Shown here: one piece after another, positions 26,826 to 39,165 of the stretch
How the letters are laid out: each line of letters opens with the position of its first letter
Position numbering within the stretch: the first letter of the stretch is position 1
Source: Octopus vulgaris
Taxonomy: Eukaryota
Length of the DNA stretch: 64,000 nucleotides
Reading direction: 5' to 3'
Assembly: GCA_951406725.2 (NCBI GenBank)
Contig: OX597816.1
Location: forward strand, 135,656,001 to 135,720,000
The notes under the pieces: model-generated
The model's input: the letters and a program-made list of their open reading frames with translations, nothing else
Databases searched by the model: none
What the model was told of the DNA's origin: nothing
Position numbers and translations under genes: made by a program

Positions 26826-27193
26826 CAAAGGTGGGCACCATTAATCAAACAGCTAACTTCATTAACCATTAATCAGTTAATTATTTCCTAATGTAATGGA
26901 AGTTATTGATAAACCATTAACATTAATTTTTATTATAGAAAAAACAAAAAAATCAGTTTTCACTCTAAAACCACCTGAAAAAACACCTTTAAAAAGTGCC
27001 AAAGCTATAAAATCCATTAACTTCAATTGAATTGAAATTAACAGAAGTTGACTTAAACTGACTTGAATTAACGGAAGTTAAATGTAATGGAAGTTAATTA
27101 GTCCAGTAATGATTTCCAAAGTTAACTCAAAAGTTAAATCATTAACAGAAATGTTAACTTTGTTAAATTAATGATTAACAGATTAATGGCTTG
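26826..27193. mobile_element. hAT-type MITE
   Basis: 8-bp TSD GTGATATC (26818-26825, 27194-27201), left end CAAAGGTGGGCAC, many subterminal TTAAC(G/A)GAAGTT repeats. Confidence 0.7.
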
Positions 27194-27321
27194 GTGATAT
27201 CTGAATAAGATGGAACCGCTTTATTTTATATGACAATTTTTAACTTCACAGTAACCCTAAATCAATTGTATCTGCAAAAGGAAACTAAAATCAATCATAT
27301 CAATATTTTTATATATTATTA

Positions 27322-27725
27322 GGCGCAGGAGTGGCTGTGTGGTAAGTAGCTTGCTAACCAACCACATGGTTCCGGGTCCAGTCCCACTGCGTGGCATCTT
27401 GAGCAAGTGTCTTCTGCTATAGCCCCGGGCCGACCAAAGCCTTGTGAGTGGATTTGGTAGATGGAAACTGAAAGAAGCCTGTCGTATATATGTATATATA
27501 TATATGTGTGTGTGTATGTGTTTGTTTGTCTGTGTTTGTTTGTCTGTGTTTGTCCCCCCAGCATTGCTTGACAACCGATGCTGGTGTGTTTACGTCCCAG
27601 TCATTTAGCGGTTCGGCAAAAGAGGACGATAGAATAAGTATTGGGCTTACAAAGAATAAGTCCTGGGGTCGATTTGCTCGACTAAAGGTGGTGCTCCAGC
27701 ATGGCCACAGTCAAAGGACTGAAAT
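27322..27725 (+). mobile_element. Main-family SINE
   Basis: Starts GGCGCAGGAGTGGCTGTGTGG, full body. Confidence 0.9.
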
Positions 27726-28221
27726 GCTTCCTCTATCACTCTCTCTCTCTCTCTCTCTCTCTCTCATACACACTCATGTAAACACATAAACGCACATGTC
27801 CACACACACACACACACACACACACAAACAATAGTACTTCCTTTTCTGATATGATAATATTTTTTATATATTGGTATGGCTGTTTGGTTTGGTTTGGTAG
27901 CCCTGGTCAATCTACACTCATACAACAACAACTTTATTTATGGCAAGGAGATTAAGACTGGTTGTCTGGAAACTTCTGTGTGCTGATGACCTAGTTCTCA
28001 TAGCTGAATCTGTTAAAGAATAAGTAAGGAAATTTCAAAACACAGAACAAAAGTCAACGAAATGAGAAAAGTTTCAGTTAACAAGTAAGACTACAAGAAT
28101 CTATCGCCATGTAGAAAGTGGCCTTGTTAAATATGAAGAAAAGGAATAGACAAAAACATTATACTGTACATCTTAGATAAACTAAGGATACACAAGATAT
28201 GCTGTGGGATCAAATATGGTC

Positions 28222-29080
28222 TTTTACCTTTTACTTTTTGCTTGTTTCAGTCATTAGACTGCGGCCATGCTGGGGCATCACATTGAACACTTCTTTTAGT
28301 TGAAAGAATTGACTTCGGTTAAGCCTGGTATTTATTCTACCAGTCTCTTTTGCTGAACCACTAAGTTACAGGGATATAAACACACCAACACCAGTTGTCA
28401 AGCAGTGGTGAAGAACAAACACAGACACACACATATAGATATAGACATACATACATATATATGATGCGCTTCTTTCAGTTTCCATCTACCAAATCTACTC
28501 ACAAGGCTTTGGTCAGCCCAAGGACAATTACCCAAGCTGTCACGCACTAGTACTGAACCCAGAACCATGTGATTGGGAAATAAGCTTCTTACCACACAAA
28601 AGACTTTTCATGTAGCAGATTCACAGAAATAGTTAGCAATAAGAGCACCCTTCAAATGCCCTAAAGTCTATTTGATAGCTCCTGCTATTTAGGTCAGCAA
28701 TCCCTAACCTTTTTGCATCATGGACTGGTGGCATGCAAAACAATTATTTTTTTAAAGCCAAGTACTTATTGATCAGCATCTTTTGCTGAACTGCTAAGTT
28801 ATGAGAATATAAATAAACCAGCACCGGTTATCAAACAGTGGTGGCAGGATAAACACAGACACAAATATAAACACACACACACACACGCGCACATGCACCC
28901 CCCCCCCCAACACATATGACAGGCTTCTTTCAGTTTCTGTCAACCAAATCCACTCATAAGGCTTTGATTGGCCAGGGGCTATAGCAGAAGACACTTGCCT
29001 AAGGTGCCATGAAGTGGGACTGGATCTGGAACCATGTAGTTAGGAAGCAAGCTTCTTACCACACAGCCATGCCTACACCT
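28222..29080 (-). mobile_element. Two main-family SINE copies (28222-28597; 28760-29080)
   Basis: Colinear with the family consensus seen in this window. Confidence 0.75.
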
Positions 29081-29102
29081 ATACATATGTATGGATTTCA
29101 AA

Positions 29103-29314
29103 TTTTGACACATGGATAGCATTTTTCAGGGGAGGGGACAGGTCAATTACACAGATCACCCCCAGTCCTCAGCTGGTACTTATTTTATCAATCCAGAAAG
29201 ATAAAAAGGCAAAGTTGACCACAGTGGCATATGAACTCAGAATGTCATGAAGATGGATGCAATGTTGCTAAGCATTTTATTTGGTATGCTAACAGTTCTG
29301 CCAACTCACTGCCT
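29103..29314 (-). mobile_element. Nin/Deu-like SINE
   Basis: Same core as 7900-8368. Another copy at ~32570-32780. Confidence 0.7.
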
Positions 29315-29336
29315 TATAACACATATATGTCATGTA

Positions 29337-32190
29337 TCATCATCATCATCATCGTTTAGCATCCGCTTTCCATGCTAGCATGGGTTGGATGGTTCAACTG
29401 GGGTCTGGGAAGCCAGAAGACTGCGCCAGGCCCAGTCTGATCTGGCAATGTTTCTACGGCTGGATGCCCTTCCTAACGCCAACCACTCCATGAGTGTAGT
29501 GGGTGCTTTTTACGTGCCACCGGCACAGGTGCCAGACAAGTCTGTCAAATGGCCACGATCGGATGGTGTTTTTTATGTGCCACCGGCACGGGGGCCAGGC
29601 GAGGCTGGCAACGGCCACGAATGGATGGTGCTTTTTACGTGCCATCGGCACGAGGCCAGTCGGGACGGCGCTGGCAATGGCCACGTTCGGATGGTTTCTC
29701 ACGTGCCACCGGCACTGTATCTCAGCTGCAATTTCCATTGATCGATTTCGATTCTGATTTCTCACTTGCCTCAACAGGTCTTCACAAGTAGAGTTTTGTG
29801 TCCCAAGAAGGGAAGGTATGCATAAGTGGACTGGCTACATCCCGTGTAGAAGGCCACGGGTTATGGTCTCACTTGTCCTGCCGGGTCTTCTCAAGCACAG
29901 CATACTTCCAGAGGTCTCGGTCTCTAGTCATTTCCTCAGTGAGACCTAAAGTTTGAAGGTCATGCTTCACCACCTCGTCCCATGTTTACCTGGGTCTGCC
30001 TCTTCCACAGGTTCCCTCAACCGCTAGGGTGTGGCACTTTTTCACACAACTATCTTCATCCATTCTTGCCACATGACCATACCAGCGCAAACGTCTCTCT
30101 TGCACACCACATCTGATGCTTCTTAGGTCCAGCTTTTCTCTCAAGGTACTTACACTCTGTCGAGTATGAACACTGACATTACACATCCATTGGAGCATAC
30201 TGGCTTCATTTCTTGCGAGCTTACGCCTATCCTCAGCAGTCACGGCCCATGTTTCACAGCCATGTAGCATGGCTGTTCATACACACACGTCATACAGTCT
30301 GCCTTTTACTCTGAGCGAGAGGCCTTTTGTCACCAGCAGAGGTAAGAGCTCTCTGAACTTTGCCCAAGCTATTCTTACTCTAGCAGTTACACTTTCAGCA
30401 CACCCACCCCCGCTACTGACTTGGTCACCTAGGTAATGGAAGCTATTAACTATTTCTAGATTTTCTCCCTGGAAAGTGACAGAAGTTGGTCTCAGAGCAT
30501 TTTCAGTGTTTATTGTTCCTGAGCATCTGCCACATACAAAAACTATCTTCCCAGTTAGCCTTCCTTTGACATTGCTGCACCTCTTATGTGTCCATAGCTT
30601 ACACTTGGTGCATCTTATAGAGTTTCTACCTACACCTTTTCTACAGATCGAGCAGGGCCATCTACCTGAAGGTGTTTGTGATTTGTCTACCTTTACCTTT
30701 AGCTAGATTGACTCTAAGGCCCTTCGATTCTAATCCTTGCTTCCACACCTGAAACTTCTCCTCCAGTTCTGATAGTGACTCAGCAATTAGAGCAAGGTCA
30801 TCAGAATAGAGGAGCTCCCAAGGGCAACCTGTCTTGAATTCCGTCGTTATTGCCTGGAGGACTATGATAAATAGGAGGGGGCTGAGGACTGAGCCTTGGT
30901 GGACCCCTACCTCTACCCGGAATTCCTCACTGTACTTGTTGCCAACCCTCACCTTACTAGCAGCGTCCCTGTACATGGCTTGTACAGCTCTCACTAACCA
31001 TTCATCTATCCCTAGTTTCCTCATTGACCACCAGATAAGGGATCGGGGGACCCTGTCGAAGGCTTTCTCCATGTCAACAAAAGCCAGGTACAGGGGCTTA
31101 TCTTTGGCTAGGTATTTCTCCTGCAGCTGCCTTACCAGGAATATAGCATCAGTGGCACTTTTCCCTGGTACGAACCCAAACTGCATCTCATCTAAACTAA
31201 CTCTCTCTCTAATTAGTTGGGCTCTGACCCTCTCCGTAACCTTCATTACCTGATCCAACAGCTTGATGCCTCTGTAATTATTTGTATCTAGGGCGTCACC
31301 TTTACCTTTGTAGCAGTTGACTATTATGCTGCTACACCAGTCATTGGGTATGACTCCTTTGTGTATCACCTGATTAACTATACGGGTGACTAGGCTATAG
31401 CCGACACTACCAGATATTTTGAGCATCTCTGCAGTAATTCCTGATGGGCCTGGGGCTTTCCCTGTTTTCATGCTTCTAATTGCCTTAACTACCAAGGAAC
31501 TGTCAACTCGAATAGCTGGTCCCTCTGTTGGGTCAATATTCGGCAGACTCTTTTTATCCCATTCATTTTCTTTATTCAGCGACCTTTCATAGTGGCATCT
31601 CCAAACCTCTCTCTTTGCATCCTCATTTAGCGCAAGTGAACCATCTTCCATGTGAACACACTTCTCTCCTACCACATCACAATTCTCTCTCACACACTGT
31701 CTTGCAACATGAAACACCTCCAGTCTTTGGTCCTCACGGCGCAGAACATTGGCAAATTTTTCTTATCTGCTTCCCCTCTGGCTAGATAGACCTGTCTCCT
31801 AGCTTCCCTTTTGGCAGTCTGATACAATTCCCTGCTACCACCATTCTTCCAGTCCTTCCAAGCCTGTCTCGTTTCTCTAATAGCCCTGTCTACAACATTG
31901 TTCCACCACCACGTTACCTTGGGACGAGAGGGGACTTTGCACCAGCCACAGATCTGGTCAGTGGCTCTCAGCAGGTTGTCCCTTAGAAACGTCCAGTTGC
32001 CTTCTACCCCATGTGATACTCTATCCCCTTCTACTTCGTCAAAGGCTTCAAGTAGCATGTCCCTAAATCTCTGTCCATTCGCAGGATCTTTAAGCTCCCA
32101 GATCCTTCTTCTCCATGTTAGTCGTCTTCTGGTTGTCCTCTTAGTCCTGATCCTAAAGTCACTAACTACTAGTCTATGTTGCGGGGTACA
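29337..32190 (-). mobile_element. Young 5'-truncated RTE-clade LINE; RT frameshifted
   Basis: ORFs 31690-32058, 30662-31717 (KAPGPSG, NYRGIKL, QFGF.PG, FVDMEKAFD, GVHQGSVLSP, YSDD) and 29986-30270 (GCETW...RLRWYGHV..RGRPR). (GAT)n tail. Confidence 0.95.
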
Positions 32191-33539
32191 AAAATACTCT
32201 GCAGGCTATGACAAACAATAAAACAGAAATAAAATTTAAAAGTTCGTTCATTCTGTGTGGCCAGGTCCCAAATGATCAATGGCTCCAGTACTGGTCGGCA
32301 GCTTGGTGGTTGGGGTCCCCTGATCTAGGTGACCTAATCAGCAGAAGAGGCAGTTGTTACAAAAGCATGGTAGTCAGCGTAAGTATAGGGTGGAGAAACT
32401 TCAGGGAGCTGTAACTTCAGCTGGCAAAAAAGGGATTCTCTCTTCAAGTGACAAGCAGATTGTATGATGTTATGTAGTGCAATAATGCATGATAGCTAAA
32501 TGTAGGCATTAAATTCAGAGGATGCGGGAAGACTGGATAGAAATGAGGTAAGCATAATATAATATAGGTTTTAAATTTTGGCACGAGGACAGCAATTTTA
32601 GGAGGAGAAGAAGTTGTTTACATCAACCACAGTTGAAAATTGGTACATGTTTTATCAACCCTGAAAGGATGAAAGGCAAAGTTGCCCTCATCAGAATTTG
32701 AACTAAGAATGTAAAGATGGACACAATACTCATAAGCATTCATCCAACATGCTAACAATTCTGCCAGCTTACTACCTTTAACATAAAGACGAACAAAATA
32801 CTGCTAAGTATTTTACCCAGTGTGCTAATGACTCTGCCAGTTCACTGTCTTATGCTGGATCTATAATATTAGCATGTAATGTAACAATAGAGATAGAGCA
32901 CAAAGGAACAGAAGGGATAACTGAGTATAAAAGGAATCAGCTAGGGGTGCAAAAGAGACTATTGTGATAGTATGGACATGTGACATCCACAAAATTTATT
33001 TTTGTTGTGGTATGGTGGCTTGAATACCTCAATGAACCCAAGGGCTATTGCAGCAGAACACAAGCTCCATGTGGGATAGGCCAAAGGTCAGAGGCCAGAC
33101 TAATATGAGTCACTTCTCCTCAGAGGTAAAAAAAAGATTTACACAGGGCCATACCCCTATCTACACAAAAGCAAAGTTACAAAAGCATTGATGAAATTTC
33201 AAAACCAACAAAACTTGGGAGAAGGTTTTTCCCCTCAGGAAAGCATATGATTAAGTGCAGCAAAGGAAAAAGCAAGGATCCACTTGGAGAGAAACAAAAG
33301 AGAGTTGAGAATGGTGGAGAAAAGTCATCGATGGCATACGCTTCATAAAGAGCAAAGGACTTGAGAAGAGTGATAGAAATGTGAAGTATATATAAAGGAA
33401 GGGATGAGTAAAAGTGCTCATGTGATCCAAATGGAAAGCTCATTTGGAAGAGAGATATCAAGAAAGGTGTGGGAATAACAAAGGAATGCAACAAGTATCA
33501 AGACACAATGCCGGAGAAGAGCTACCTAATCCATATACT

Positions 33540-33820
33540 ACTGGCATTCCATTGGTTACAGCAACAAGGATTCCAGTTGATCTTATCAATGGAACAGCCT
33601 GCTCGTGAAATTAACATGCAAGTGGCTGAGCACTCCTCAGACACATGTACCCTTAATGTAGTTAGTTCTCAGGGAGATTCGGCATGATACAGAGTGTGAC
33701 AAGGCTGACCCTTTGAAATACAGGTACTACTCATTTTCTGCAAGCTGAGTGAACTGGAGCAATGTGAAATAAAGTAAACTTGCTCAAGGACACAAAGTGC
33801 CACTGGGAATTGAACTCATT
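33540..33820 (-). mobile_element. tRNA-derived SINE with MetaSINE-like central domain
   Basis: Minus GAGTTCAATTCC B-box followed by GTGTCCTTGAGCAAG...CACTCAGCT..AAATGAGT. Homologue at 56925-57865. Confidence 0.6.
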
Positions 33821-34127
33821 ACCTTACCTAACCCATGTAAGTGGGAAAGTAGAAGTATAATGATGATATGTAGGAAGTCAGATAAACAACTTAGGGTGCT
33901 CAGTGGTGGTAATGATAGTGGTGATAAATGTTAAATTAATTGGTGGTGGTTGTGGTCATCAAGTTTGGTGGAAAAGCAGTATTGGTTGTCAAATTTGGAA
34001 GTGGAGCATTGTCAATTACAGTGATAATGAGGTATTGTTAGGCTTGGTGGTGGTGGTGGAGAGAGGTCAAGTTCAGTGGTAGTGGACTGGTGTTGGTGGT
34101 TATTGAGTTCAGTGGAGGCAGTTGTCA

Positions 34128-34206
34128 AAATTTGTTGGTAGTGAAGGTAATCAAGTTTACTGGTGGTGACAGTGGTCAAGTTTGGCATCATCATCATTAT
34201 CATACA

Positions 34207-34240
<34 letters not shown>

Positions 34241-34321
34241 TGTATGATAATGATGATGATGCCAAACTTGACCACTGTCACCACCAGAGTAAACTTGATT
34301 ACCTTCACTACCAACAAATTT
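34128..34321. repeat. Near-perfect spacer-less palindrome centred on (AT)14
   Basis: ~96-bp arms identical except one 2-bp indel. Centre at 34223/34224. Confidence 0.95.
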
Positions 34322-34335
34322 CAAACCTTCTTTCG

Positions 34336-34370
<35 letters not shown>

Positions 34371-34808
34371 ATATGTGTATATATATCTATACATATATAA
34401 ACATGTATGTATACATATATATACATATATATACACACACACACATATATATATATATGTATGTATGTATATGTATATATATGTATACATATATAAACAT
34501 ATATGTATACACACACATATATATATATATAAATACATACATACATATATATATATATATACATGTATATATATGTATACATATATATATACATATACAC
34601 ATATATATATGCATATATATATATATATATATACAAATATATATACATATATATACATGTATATATATACACACACACACACACATATATACACATACAC
34701 ACACACATATATATATTTTATATATATATGTGTGTGTGTGTGCGTGTGTGTGTCAATATATATGCATACATATATACACACATACACACACACACGCATA
34801 TATATGTA
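34336..34808. repeat. Long degenerate TA/CA microsatellite
   Basis: Directly visible. Source of the Y/I/H-rich spurious ORFs. Confidence 0.95.
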
Positions 34809-35205
34809 GGCGCAGGCGTGGCTGCGTGGTAAGAAGCTTGCTTTCCAACCACATGGTTCCAGGTTCAGTCTGAATGTGTGGCACCTTTAGCAAGTATTTT
34901 CTACTATAGCCTCAGGCTGACCAAAGCTTTGTGAATGGATTTAGTTGATGGAAACTGAAAGAAGCTCCTTGTGTGTGCGTGTGTGTGTGTGTGCACCACT
35001 ATCCACTATTGCTTGACAACTGGTGTTGGTGAGTTTATGTTCATATAACTTAGTACCTTAGCAATAGACATAGATAGAGTTAGTACCAGGTTTAACAAAA
35101 AATAAATATTGAGAAGGCGTCAAGACATTCATGTAAAAATTCTTGAAGGTTGTTTTCCCCAGCATGGCTGAAATCTAACGATTGAAACAAGTAAGAGATA
35201 AGACA
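34809..35205 (+). mobile_element. Main-family SINE (older)
   Basis: GGCGCAGGCGTGGCTGCGTGG head, colinear body. Confidence 0.8.
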
Positions 35206-35384
35206 TAAAGTTACATGCTCATTCATACATATTCACATGGTGTATTTGTGGTCATACATGATATAAAGGCTCTGTAACTTCTTGCTGAAAAACCTACACA
35301 TGGACAAATTATTCATTTATTGTGATCAAATTTGTGCTGAACATGAACACACTCAATCCACCAAATGAACATTATTACCTGTAC

Positions 35385-37136
35385 AGGCGCACAGTGTGTC
35401 ACACATTAGATGTTGAAGATATTACGACGAACCTCGTCTAATATGTGGCACTTGGTGAAGAATGGAGTTTGATATAGCTACTCTCATTTGCACCTCTTGC
35501 CGTGAGGTAGGTTCATCTGGGACTCTTGACAGGAAGATGTCCAGCTTTGATTTAAAAACCGCTACATCTACTTTGTGCAAGTTCCTCAGACTCTTTGGGA
35601 GAATATTAAAAAGCTGTGGGCCCTTGAAACCCAGGCTGTTGCAGAAGCTGGTCTTGAAGCATGATGGCATTGCTGGGATCTTTGGCACTATGCAGTGTCG
35701 TCCCGTTCTAGCATTGGTGTAGCTTACAATGCTAAAATTTGGCACAATTCCTTCCAGGATCTTCCAGACATATATTACTGCATACCTCTCCCGTCTTCTC
35801 TCCAGGGAGTAGAGTCTTAGCTGTTTCAACCTTTCCCAGTAGCTGAGCTGTTGCAAAGAGACGATCTTCTTTTTGAATCTTCTCTGGATTGCTTCAAGGT
35901 CCGCTGTTAATTTCACACTGGTGGGTGATCATAGCTGTGAGCAGTAATCCAGGCGGCTGAGGATGAATGTCCGCCAGAAGACCATCATGGTTTCCTTATC
36001 TCTGGTTCTGAATGTTCTTAGGATCCACCCAGCCAGTCATCTGCACTTTGTCGCCATCCTGGTAATGTGCACTTGGAAAGAGGTATCATCACTCATGTCG
36101 ATACCCAGGTCCCTCACAGACTTAGGCTCTGGGATTGAAATTCCCTGTGGACCGGTGTATCCTGTAAGTTTAATATTCAGTTTTGGATGCTGGTAGCACA
36201 GGGCCTGGAATTTTTCAGCATTAAACTGCATATTATTATCCTCAGCCCATCTGTAGATTGAGTCCAACTCCTGCTGCAGGTGTGAAACTTTGCTGGGGTT
36301 CTGTATTTTCTGCGAGACTTTCGTATCATCTACATAGCTGGCCAGAGTGGCTATCCGAGCATTTGAGGGCATATCTGAGAGCGCTACTATAAAAAGCAGG
36401 GGTCCCAAGACAGTGCCCTGTGGAACACTGCTTACTATTTGTGTGTTCATAGAGGTGGCTCCATTAACCACTACTGCCTGACTCCTATCTTTCAGGAAGT
36501 CATGCAACCACACTCCAAGTTTTCCAGCTATGCCGAGGTCACGCAGTTTGTGGCATATCATACCATGATCCACCTTGTCAAAAGCTTTTGCAAAATCAAG
36601 GTAGATTACGTCCACATTTGATTTGTTGAGTAACTGCCTCAACACCCAGTCATAATGCTGTAAGAGCTGGGTCAGGCAGCTCCTACCTGGTCGAAAACCA
36701 TGCTGGGTATCACTCAGCAAGTTATTTTCCTCAAAGAATGCAATTAGTTTCTTTCTGACTATCATTTCCATGACTTTGCTGATGTGTGAAGTCAGAGAGA
36801 TAGGCCTATAGTTTTTGGCATCTGCTCTACTTCCCCCTTTATGTATTGGGCATATTATTCCCTCCTTCGGCTTGCTTAGCAGTTTGCCATTTGCAAGAAA
36901 GCTCTGGAAGAGAATCTTGAGGGGTTTTGCCAGGGCATGCTTACACGCTTTGAGGAGGATGGCTGGGAAACCATCTGGACCAGCAGCTGAGTTTGTGTCC
37001 ACTTCGTCTATGGCTAGTAGGACATCTTTTTCGCTAATGTCAATACATTCTATTGTAACCGCCTCGCTGGTTATAGGTGAGGTGGCAAAGAAGTCCACTG
37101 GTTTGTTCACTTGTCTGTGTTCCAACGGGGTGGAAC
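35385..37136 (-). mobile_element. 5'-truncated CR1-group LINE (RT and C-terminal domain)
   Basis: [53 protein letters not shown]-terminal LEAIQRR...SYWERLKQLRLYSLERRR (35422-35916). One premature stop. Confidence 0.92.
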
Positions 37137-37139
37137 ATA

Positions 37140-37170
<31 letters not shown>

Positions 37171-37214
37171 GTATATATATGTATACATATATATATATAT
37201 ATGTATATATATGT

Positions 37215-37299
<85 letters not shown>

Positions 37300-38060
37300 A
37301 TACGTCAAAAAACTGATGACGTATTACCTCAGTGGTCAAGCTATTGTCACCCTGCTTGGTCGGTTTCCCCACACGATACAGCTATGGGTCAGACCCGATT
37401 CTGATTGGTCAAAACATTGATGACGTCTTGTTCTGCTGGACTAGCCACCTAACAGGATACAGTCATGGGTCAGATCTAATTCGTCAAAAAAATGATGACG
37501 TATTTTTCTCCCGTGGCCAAACTGTCGTTCCACTTGGTTGGTTTCCTAATAGGATACAGTTAGGAGTCTTTTCACTATATTTGTTGAGACTGGGTTTTGA
37601 TTGGTTTGGAACTATATGCCATCAGTGAAAAGTGCAAGTGACCACAGCTTAGCTGAGCTGATATAAATCCAGCAATCACAAAATTCACCAAAATTATGCG
37701 AGCAGACACCGACCAAAAATCATTACTGTTGCTCCCATTGGAACACAAGGTAAAATCTAAAATGAACTCCTCGCCTTTTCAAGAACATGAATTTTTTATA
37801 TTTGACTCTATTGAATGTATGTCACAATTATGAACTACTACATCATACTCTTTAAACATATAGCATGGACTCTCTTTATTATATATGAATTTTTTATATT
37901 TGACTCTATTGAATATATGTCACAATTATGAACTATTACATTATACTCTTTAAACATATAGCATGGACTCTCTTTATTATATATAATTTTTTTTCTTGAT
38001 AAGGTTCGTCATTTCAAGAACCGAAACATGTTAAATTTAAATTAAAATTTGTCTAATATA
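37300..38060 (+). mobile_element. Putative Penelope-like terminal repeat: TGACGT-rich promoter-like repeats, TATA, 98-bp tandem duplication, hammerhead
   Basis: TGATGACGT x3 (37315-37501), GATATAAAT ~37660, duplication 37787-37884/37885-37982, hammerhead core 37996-38032, ATTAAA 38041. Confidence 0.45.
37991..38040 (+). ncRNA. Minimal hammerhead motif, U3-A8 core variant (stem I weak)
   Basis: UUGAUAA, stem II GGUUC/GAACC, GAA, palindromic stem III ACAUGU, cleavage triplet GUU. Confidence 0.5.
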
Positions 38061-38389
38061 GCAGCATTTTCAAACTTCATTTTTTACAAATATATATATA
38101 TATATGTGTGTGTGCTTATATATGCATGTGTGTATGTGTGAGTGCATATACATATAAATGCATATTTATTTACTATTTACTAGGGCTTCCTATTTTTGTA
38201 AAAATGTCTATTGATGAGTATTGCTGTTTATATCTTTCCTGCTGAGATTGCTGCACAGCTGACCATAATTCTTCCTGTTGGACGCATTTTGAATGCATCC
38301 ATCATAACATATGTAGAAGGTATGAAGATATGTTTTAATAACATCTTGAACATTTGTCTCCTTTTTAAATTTTTCCTATATGCATATAC

Positions 38390-38423
<34 letters not shown>

Positions 38424-38611
38424 GTAGGTGGTTCATCAACTTTTAGACATTATATTATGTCAATTTATTTATTTGTTTACTAAAATGACAATTACAAGAA
38501 TATACATACATGTATAACATGTGCTTTACATATAAAATATATAAAGATACCAGTAATTATTAAAATATAACATACAGGAATATTCCTGTATATATATATA
38601 TATATATATAT

Positions 38612-38765
38612 ACCGGAGTAAACACATAAATGTGAAACAAGGTGGAAAAAAGAGCACTCAAATACTAGTGGTAGAGTAATATGCTTTATTCAAAGCAGCA
38701 GAAAATTCAACAAAACCTGTTACTCTGAGTTTCACATTCCCGTTCGTCGGACAGTTTTTGCTAGA
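38612..38765 (-). mobile_element. Penelope-like terminal fragment inserted in (TA)n
   Basis: Hammerhead followed by AATAAA (38685-38690 minus) and a pyrimidine-rich end abutting (TA)n. Confidence 0.6.
38711..38760 (-). ncRNA. Type I minimal hammerhead ribozyme (U4C variant)
   Basis: CAAAAACUGU CCGACGA ACG-GGAA-UGU GAA ACUC-A-GAGU A^ ACAGGUUUUG: 9/10-bp stem I, stem II, near-palindromic stem III, GUA cleavage site. Confidence 0.7.
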
Positions 38766-38824
38766 ATTCTAGTTTTAAATAAAGTATATATATATATATA
38801 TATATATACAGACACACAAATAAA

Positions 38825-39064
38825 TATATATATCTTTATTAATATTTAACAGAAGTTACAGAGTGACTCAAGTTCTGCCAGTTTCATGTATTCGCACTTA
38901 TCAAAGTAGTCACAGGTCGAAGGCTTGTGAGTTTATATAGCTGTTAGCTATATAAACTCACAGGTCTTTGACCTGTGACTGGCTTGATAAGTGTCAATGC
39001 ACGAAACTCTCAGATCTTAAGTCACTCTGTTACCTCTGCTAAATATTAATAAAAATATGCATAT
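38825..39064. repeat. ~240-bp imperfect palindrome; each arm TATA, degenerate hammerhead, AATAAA
   Basis: Centre TGTGAGTTTATATAGCT-GTT-AGCTATATAAACTCACA. Each arm has GTGACT..TTGATAAGTG..CA(C/T)GAAACT..AGTCAC..TTAATAAA. Confidence 0.85.
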
Positions 39065-39133
39065 ACTCATGTTTTAAGTTCTATTTTACTCTTTTGCACC
39101 AACATACCTTTATACATATATGTATGTATGTAT

Positions 39134-39165
<32 letters not shown>

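Noticed and set aside
27322-27395. tRNA gene-like A/B boxes at SINE heads
   Set aside because: No complete cloverleaf, and they are always fused to the SINE body and tail.
34090-34873. Several long Y/I/H/V-rich ORFs (also 17627-18125, 37040-37404, 39067-39408)
   Set aside because: TA/CA dinucleotide repeats lack stop codons, so these ORFs are not evidence of coding. The N-terminus of ORF 36037-37308 is likewise microsatellite.
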